DNA of 64,000 bases from Thermoanaerobaculia bacterium. GTDB taxonomy: Bacteria > Acidobacteriota > Thermoanaerobaculia > Gp7-AA8. The notes beneath the pieces are model-generated. The model ran no database searches, was not told where the DNA came from, and saw only the letters and a program-made list of their open reading frames with translations. This document shows, piece after piece, positions 58,555 through 64,000 of this stretch (its first letter is position 1; each line of letters starts with the position of its first letter). The stretch lies in NCBI GenBank assembly GCA_017883235.1, contig JADGNY010000017.1, forward strand, positions 585 to 64,584. The letters are read 5' to 3'. A program made the translations under genes and the position numbers.

Positions 58555-61500
58555 ATGCGATTGCTTCTGCGCTCTCTTGTCCTCTCACTCGTCGCCGCGA
58601 GCTCGTACGCCGCCGTCGATCCAACTCTTTTCCAGGATCTCCACTGGCGCCTCCTCGGCCCGTTCCGCGCCGGGCGCGTGCTGGCGGTTACCGGGGTGCC
58701 GGGCGAGCCGGAGCATTTCTACTTCGGAAGCGTCAACGGCGGCGTGTGGGAGACGAAGGACGCAGGACGGACCTGGCAACCGATCTTCGACGGTCAGCCG
58801 GTCGGTTCGATCGGTGCCATCGCGGTGGCGCCGTCGAATCCGCGCGTGTTGTATGTCGGCAGCGGCGAAGCGGATATGCGCTCGGACATCTCCCAGGGCA
58901 ACGGGATGTACAAGTCGGTCGATGGCGGAAAGACGTGGTCGCGCATCGGGCTGACCGACTCGCAGCAGATCGGGCGCATCGTGGTGCATCCGACGAACGC
59001 GGACGTCGTCTACGTCGCGGCGCTCGGTCATCCGTATGGTCCGAACGCGGAACGCGGCGTATTCCGCTCGCGCGATGGGGGAGCGACGTGGCAGCGCGTG
59101 CTCTCGCGCAACAACGACAACGACACCGGCGCGATCGACATCGCCTTTGAGCCGGGCAATCCGAATGTTCTCTACGCATCGCTCTGGCAGACGCGCCGCA
59201 CGCCGTGGAGCGTCTATCCGCCGTCGAATGGTCCCGGCAGCGGTCTTTTCAAATCGACGGACGGCGGCGATCACTGGACCGAGATCGTCGGACATGGTTT
59301 TCCGGCGAAACCGGGCCGCATCGGCATCGCCGTCGCGCCGTCGAGCCCGCAGCGCGTCTACGCGGTCGTCGATGCGCCCGAGGGGGGCATGTACCGGAGT
59401 GACGATGGGGGCGCGAACTGGACGCGCGCCAGCAACGACGCGCGTGTCTGGTCGCGCGGCTGGTACTTCGGCGGCGTGACCGTTGAACCGAAAGATGCCG
59501 ATACGGTCTACTCGATCAACGTCAACGTCTACCGTTCCACCGACGGCGGAAAGAACTTCGTGCCGGTCAAAGGCGCGCCCGGAGGCGACGACTATCACCA
59601 GCTCTGGATCGATCCCGATCATCCGGAGCACCGCATTCTCGGCGTCGATCAGGGGACCGTCGTTTCGGTCGACGGCGGCCGCACATGGAGCAGTTGGTTC
59701 AACCAGCCAACCGGCCAGTTCTACCACGTCATCACCGACAACCAGTTTCCCTACTGGGTCTATGGCGCGCAGCAGGACTCCGGCGCGGCCCGGATCCCGA
59801 GCCGCACCAGCACGATCGACGGCATCACGCTGATGGATTTCCGCGAGACCACCGCGGGCGGCGAGAGCGACAACATCGCCCCCGATCCGAAGGACCCGGC
59901 CATTCTGTACGGCAGCCGCGTGGAACGTCTCGACACGCGGACGCACCAGACGCAGTCGATCGATCCGACGCTGGCCTATCCCGGCAACGACCGCCGCACG
60001 TGGACGCTGCCGCTCCTCTTCTCGCCGCGCGATCCTCGGGTTCTCTACTTCGCAAACCAACGTCTCTTCCGCACGGAAGACGGTGGGCAGCACTGGTCGG
60101 TGATCAGCCCCGATCTGACGCGCGAGAATCCGCCTGTCCCGCCGAACCTCGATCCGGTTACCGCGGCGGACAAAGCACAACCGGGGCCTCGGCAGGGGGT
60201 CATCTACGCCATCGCGCCGTCGCGCATGATCGATCACGACATCTGGGCCGGCACCGATGACGGCCAGATCTGGCGGACCCACGACGAAGGCGGGCATTGG
60301 GAGAATGTGACTCCGGCGGCACTCACGGCCTGGTCGAAGGTCGGCATCATCGATGCCTCGCATTTCGACGGCCAGACGGCGTACGCGGCGATCGATCGGC
60401 ATCGTCTCGACGATTTCAAGGCGTACATCTACCGCACGCACGACGGCGGCAAATCGTGGCAGCTCGCGGCGTCGGGGATCGGAGAGACGGTCAACGTCGT
60501 CCGCGAAGATCCGGTGCGTCGCGGGATGCTTTACGCGGGAACCGAGCGCGGCCTGTATGTCTCATTCGATGACGGCGATCACTGGCAGACGCTCCAGCTC
60601 AATCTCCCGACGACCTCGGTGCGCGACATCGACGTCCACGGCGACGATGTGGTCATCGCCACGCACGGGCGCGCCTTCTGGGCCATCGACAACGTGACGC
60701 CGCTGCGGCAGGACGTGCCGGCGGGTGACTTCCTTTTCAAACCGGCAGTCACGGTGCGCGAACGGCCGGCCGGCTTCACCGGCTCGCCGATGCCCAAGGA
60801 TGAGCCGATGGCGCCGAATCCTCCGTTCGGTGCGTACATCGACTACGTGATTCGCAGCGCCGCGGCGCTGCCGGTCACCGTGGAGATTCTCGATGCGAAC
60901 GGCGCGCTCGTTCGCCGCTACAGCAGTGCCGACGTCCCGTCCGCGATGGACCTGAAGAGGCTGGGTACCGCGCCGGAATGGTTCACCACGCAGTCGACCG
61001 TGTCCGCTGCCCCGGGGATGCACCGCTTCGTCTGGCCGCTGCGCTATCCGGCACCGGCCGGACTTGCAGGGCGCCGCTCGGGCAGCGGCGCGTTTTCGGA
61101 TGGAATCTGGGCGCCGCCGGGCAGCTACAAAGTCGTACTGACGGTCAACGGCCAGAAGTTCACGCAGCCGCTGACGGTGGTCCCCGATCCTCGCGTCAAT
61201 CTGCCGGCAAACGCGTACATCGAACAATTCACTCTAGCCCGCGAGGTCGAACAAACGCGCGCGACAGTCGCTGCCGCACTCACCGGCGCTGCGGCATTCG
61301 TGAAACGGACGGACGTCCCCGATGCGCTGCGCCGCAAAGCAACCGAGGTCTCCGGCACGATCGCCGGCGACGACTTCACCGCGCCGCCGCCGCCGGAGTC
61401 GTCGCTTCGTTTCATCGGTCAGGCGCTCTCCAAACTGGCCGGCGCCATCGACAGCGCCGACGGGGCGCCGACACTGGATGCGCGCGCAAGCTGGGCAACG

Positions 61501-61563
61501 CTGAAACCGGCTGCCGATGCGGCGCTGGCGGCGTGGACGGCTGTGAAGGGAGAGGCGAAATGA
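58555..61563 (+). CDS. secreted BNR/Asp-box repeat protein (sortilin/VPS10-like double propeller)
   Basis: ORF 58033..61563 trimmed to MRLLLRSLVLSLVAASSYA. At least 10 SxDxGxTW-type Asp-boxes are present (TKDAGRTW, SVDGGKTW, SRDGGATW, STDGGDHW and others). Confidence 0.85.
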   Translation: MRLLLRSLVLSLVAASSYAAVDPTLFQDLHWRLLGPFRAGRVLAVTGVPGEPEHFYFGSVNGGVWETKDAGRTWQPIFDGQPVGSIGAIAVAPSNPRVLYVGSGEADMRSDISQGNGMYKSVDGGKTWSRIGLTDSQQIGRIVVHPTNADVVYVAALGHPYGPNAERGVFRSRDGGATWQRVLSRNNDNDTGAIDIAFEPGNPNVLYASLWQTRRTPWSVYPPSNGPGSGLFKSTDGGDHWTEIVGHGFPAKPGRIGIAVAPSSPQRVYAVVDAPEGGMYRSDDGGANWTRASNDARVWSRGWYFGGVTVEPKDADTVYSINVNVYRSTDGGKNFVPVKGAPGGDDYHQLWIDPDHPEHRILGVDQGTVVSVDGGRTWSSWFNQPTGQFYHVITDNQFPYWVYGAQQDSGAARIPSRTSTIDGITLMDFRETTAGGESDNIAPDPKDPAILYGSRVERLDTRTHQTQSIDPTLAYPGNDRRTWTLPLLFSPRDPRVLYFANQRLFRTEDGGQHWSVISPDLTRENPPVPPNLDPVTAADKAQPGPRQGVIYAIAPSRMIDHDIWAGTDDGQIWRTHDEGGHWENVTPAALTAWSKVGIIDASHFDGQTAYAAIDRHRLDDFKAYIYRTHDGGKSWQLAASGIGETVNVVREDPVRRGMLYAGTERGLYVSFDDGDHWQTLQLNLPTTSVRDIDVHGDDVVIATHGRAFWAIDNVTPLRQDVPAGDFLFKPAVTVRERPAGFTGSPMPKDEPMAPNPPFGAYIDYVIRSAAALPVTVEILDANGALVRRYSSADVPSAMDLKRLGTAPEWFTTQSTVSAAPGMHRFVWPLRYPAPAGLAGRRSGSGAFSDGIWAPPGSYKVVLTVNGQKFTQPLTVVPDPRVNLPANAYIEQFTLAREVEQTRATVAAALTGAAAFVKRTDVPDALRRKATEVSGTIAGDDFTAPPPPESSLRFIGQALSKLAGAIDSADGAPTLDARASWATLKPAADAALAAWTAVKGEAK

Positions 61564-61569
61564 GACGTC

Positions 61570-61628
61570 AAGGCAGAAGGATGAAGGCAGAAGGATGAGT
61601 TAAACCCGCGCCTTCTGCCTTCTGCCTT
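61570..61628. terminator. hairpin with AAGGCAGAAGG repeat stems between convergent genes
   Basis: Left arm AAGGCAGAAGGATGAAGGCAGAAGG; right arm CCTTCTGCCTTCTGCCTT. It lies 6 nt from one stop codon and 5 nt from the other. Confidence 0.7.
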
Positions 61629-61633
61629 TGATC

Positions 61634-62758
61634 TCACGCCTCGCTGGACATCGCCGACGCCGGCAGCGGCAGGGGAGCACCGGGCTGGTAGTCGCAGAGG
61701 GGATCGTCGGCGAAGACGTTCCACTCCGTGGCCCAGGCACGGGCTCGGGAGCCGCCGCAGATCTGCCGGAACTCGCAGTGCCCGCATTTGCCTTGCAGAT
61801 TCCGAGGATCGCGGAGAGCGACGAAGAGATCGCTGCCACGGTAGATCGATCCGAGGGGGCGATAGCGAAGATTGCCGGCGCTGAAGGGAAGGAACTCGCT
61901 GGCACGCACATCACCCGCGTGAGAGATGAAAACGAAGCCCTGGGCGCCGTCGCGCGCGGACTCCATCACGCTCTGCAACCCGTCGGCATCGTTCGCTTCG
62001 TATCCGCTGAAATCCGACCAGTTGGCGTTCGCGGCATTGTCGAGCCGCGCATCGAGGGAGCGTTGAAGACGAAAGCGCCGGTACTGCGGCGCTTCCACCA
62101 CTCGCACCAGAAACTTCTCGCGTCCCCTGATTTCGTCGATCGTCGCGAAAAGGTGCTCCGCTTCCTCCGCGCTGATTGCCGCGGCGTGCGAGCTTTTCAG
62201 CGGCACGAGGAAATAGAGATTCCAGCGAACGATCTCCATCGATCGGAGGAGATCCGCGATGGCCTCGAGATCGCTGGTGTTCTGCTTCGTGATCAGTGTG
62301 TTGACCTCGATGGCCAGCCCTGCTTCTTTGGCGAAGCCGGCCGTCCGCATCGTCACGTCGAACGTGGCCGCGACGCCATGGCCGGCCTCATGAATCTCCG
62401 GCACGGAGCCGTCGATGCCGATGACGATGCGGGTCAGGCCGTTGCGCTCCAGGTTGGCGATGGCATCGCTGGTGAGCTGCGACGTCGGACTCACGACCAG
62501 CGCGGGATCGAGACCGCGCCGCCGCGCGTAGTTGACGATCTGATCGACGTCGCCGCGCTCCAGAGGATCGCCGCCGGTCATGATCAACTCCCGCGGACTC
62601 AGGCTGGCGATCTGATCGATCGTCTTGTATGCCTCATACGTGGTCAGCTCGTTCGTTCCGCGACTCTCCGTTGCGCCGATGGTGCAGTTGCGGCAATGGA
62701 GGTCGCAGGCTCGGGTGAGCTCCCACATGACGACCGGATAGGCTTCGAATGGCGGCAT
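61634..62758 (-). CDS. radical SAM protein with SPASM/twitch-like C-terminal domain
   Basis: ORF trimmed to MPPFEAYPVVMWELTRACDLHCRNC (CxxxCxxC). The C-terminus carries GKCGHCEFRQICGGSRARAW. Confidence 0.85.
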   Translation of the reverse strand: MPPFEAYPVVMWELTRACDLHCRNCTIGATESRGTNELTTYEAYKTIDQIASLSPRELIMTGGDPLERGDVDQIVNYARRRGLDPALVVSPTSQLTSDAIANLERNGLTRIVIGIDGSVPEIHEAGHGVAATFDVTMRTAGFAKEAGLAIEVNTLITKQNTSDLEAIADLLRSMEIVRWNLYFLVPLKSSHAAAISAEEAEHLFATIDEIRGREKFLVRVVEAPQYRRFRLQRSLDARLDNAANANWSDFSGYEANDADGLQSVMESARDGAQGFVFISHAGDVRASEFLPFSAGNLRYRPLGSIYRGSDLFVALRDPRNLQGKCGHCEFRQICGGSRARAWATEWNVFADDPLCDYQPGAPLPLPASAMSSEA

Positions 62759-62766
62759 GGTTTGAC

Positions 62767-63681
62767 TCACTGGTTGGCCCAGACCACGTTGGTCTTGTGT
62801 TCCTGGTCCGCGATGCGCGCCGCGCGTTTCGCTGCCGGGCCGTTCATCGTGAGCACGGGGCAATGGCTGCGCTGGACGACGCGCGCGGCGAACGTCCCGT
62901 GCAGCAGGTCGTTCGCGCTCCTTCCGGCCGGCTCGCCGACGACGATCAGGTCGGCTCTGGCCTTTTCCGCATAGCCTTCGATCTGTCCGGCGACGTGGCC
63001 GCTGCCGAACATCTTCAGCTCGCAGCGCGCGGCGATCGGCTCCGGGATCCATGCCCGAAGCTCGGACAGGTCGTCGGCCGTCTTGATGATGTCATCCTCC
63101 GGTGTGGCCCGAATGACGATGAACTTCGCATCCGCCGGCGCGATGGCCGCGGCGAAGGTCAGTGCATCGTGGCACTGGTCGTTGTAGATGGCGGGACAGA
63201 CGATCGTACTGATCGCCGCTCCGGCCGGCCTCGTTTCGATCCCCGGGACCGCGATGACCGGTACCTCGGCTTTGCGCATCACCGCCTCGGTCACCGAGCC
63301 GATGATGAGCCGCCGGAAGCCGCTGCGGCCGTGCGTGCCCATCACGATCATTCCTGCTCCCGACTCGGCTGCCTGCGCCAGGATGCCCGCGAGCGGCGGC
63401 GCCACGCGCACGACGGTGTCGTACGGCACCGTCGGATCGATGTTCGTTTTCGCATCCTTCCGCAACTGCTCCTCGGCGCGCGCTTTCAATTGGGCGAACG
63501 AATATTCATCCCACCCACCGACCGAGGCCGTGTAATCGATCGGCGGCACAAACGGGTCGGCGTAGACGACCGTGAGCCGCGCTCCGACCCTTCGGGCGAG
63601 ATCGCTGGCGTAGCGCAAGGCGTGGGTAGCCGTTTCGCTGAAATCGGTGGGAACGAGAATGCGGGTCGGCTTGGTGATCAT
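62767..63681 (-). CDS. tandem-domain universal stress protein
   Basis: Trimmed to MITKPTRILVPTDFSETATHAL. Contains ..MIVMGTHGRSGFRRLIIGSVTEAVMRKAEVPVIAV.. and a second USP half ending ..HCPVLT. Confidence 0.85.
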   Translation of the reverse strand: MITKPTRILVPTDFSETATHALRYASDLARRVGARLTVVYADPFVPPIDYTASVGGWDEYSFAQLKARAEEQLRKDAKTNIDPTVPYDTVVRVAPPLAGILAQAAESGAGMIVMGTHGRSGFRRLIIGSVTEAVMRKAEVPVIAVPGIETRPAGAAISTIVCPAIYNDQCHDALTFAAAIAPADAKFIVIRATPEDDIIKTADDLSELRAWIPEPIAARCELKMFGSGHVAGQIEGYAEKARADLIVVGEPAGRSANDLLHGTFAARVVQRSHCPVLTMNGPAAKRAARIADQEHKTNVVWANQ

Positions 63682-63801
63682 CGTCGCCTCCGTGCTGTCA
63701 CGACGATAGGCGCGAAGAGCGGTTCGGGCGATGACTGGGATCATTCGGACGAGTGATGCGTGTCACACGGGAGGGGTTTGCCGGAGCGCTGGCGTCTCGC
63801 C

Positions 63802-63907
63802 GGAGGCAAAACCAGAAACCAGAAACCAGAAACCAGAAACCAGAAACCAGAAGTGGTGGCGGAGCGCAGCATTCTGGTTTCTGGTTTCTGGTTTCTGGTT
63901 TTGCCTC
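63802..63907. repeat. hairpin with AACCAGA heptamer-repeat stems
   Basis: GGAGGCAAA(ACCAGAA)x5 ... (TTCTGGT)x4 TTTGCCTC, with further outer inverted repeats (GTGTCACACGGGAGG / CCTCCCGTGACAC). Confidence 0.9.
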
Positions 63908-64000
63908 TTGCCTCCCGTGACACCCGTCACTTGCCATAAGTGACTACCCTCGCCACCGCGAAACGGCGTACAACCGTACTGTCCACTCGGAGGCAGCCAT

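Noticed and set aside
63698-63943. Three 60-79-aa ORFs across the AACCAGA hairpin
   Set aside because: They are generated by the heptamer repeats on both strands (FWFLVSGFWF peptides) and are not genes.

Overview
High-GC bacterial chromosomal segment (GC judged by eye, not computed). The repeat content suggests a soil Acidobacteriota-like organism, but that is a low-confidence guess. I support about 55 protein-coding genes and found no rRNA, tRNA or CRISPR array. Left to right: (1) a minus-strand string higB-higA-GHKL ATPase-two family-less ORFs-AAA15 ATPase, cut by the left edge; (2) a glycosyltransferase/GH130 operon and an RRM RNA-binding protein; (3) a lower-GC island with a membrane protein and two flavoproteins, followed by a truncated and a full tyrosine recombinase; (4) a SWIM-SNF2 helicase; (5) a PaoABC-like molybdo-oxidoreductase and housekeeping genes (tag, yaeQ, GNAT and others); (6) a low-GC AAA15-Toprim-like ATPase gene that has replaced most of a pirin gene; (7) an OmpR-type two-component system, then a junkyard with a PIN-like/PD-(D/E)xK-like pair, a two-component-system scar and toxin-antitoxin remnants; (8) a 2419-aa soluble hybrid histidine kinase with about 30 concatenated HAMP domains, separated by an inserted DUF433/DUF5615 toxin-antitoxin pair plus repeats from cheR-cheB-RR/HK; (9) serine hydrolase, two tandem dcp paralogues, a BNR/sortilin-like protein, and a USP-radical SAM/SPASM pair. 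The intergenic DNA is unusually structured. There are three unrelated 21-bp-period minisatellites, each ending about 60 bp upstream of a start codon. There are many long hairpins whose stems are short tandem repeats, and two REP/MITE-like families. The best candidate for an undescribed system is the higBA-GHKL-unknown-unknown-AAA15 string at 1-4641. All domain calls come from motif recognition by eye; no database search or computation was run.
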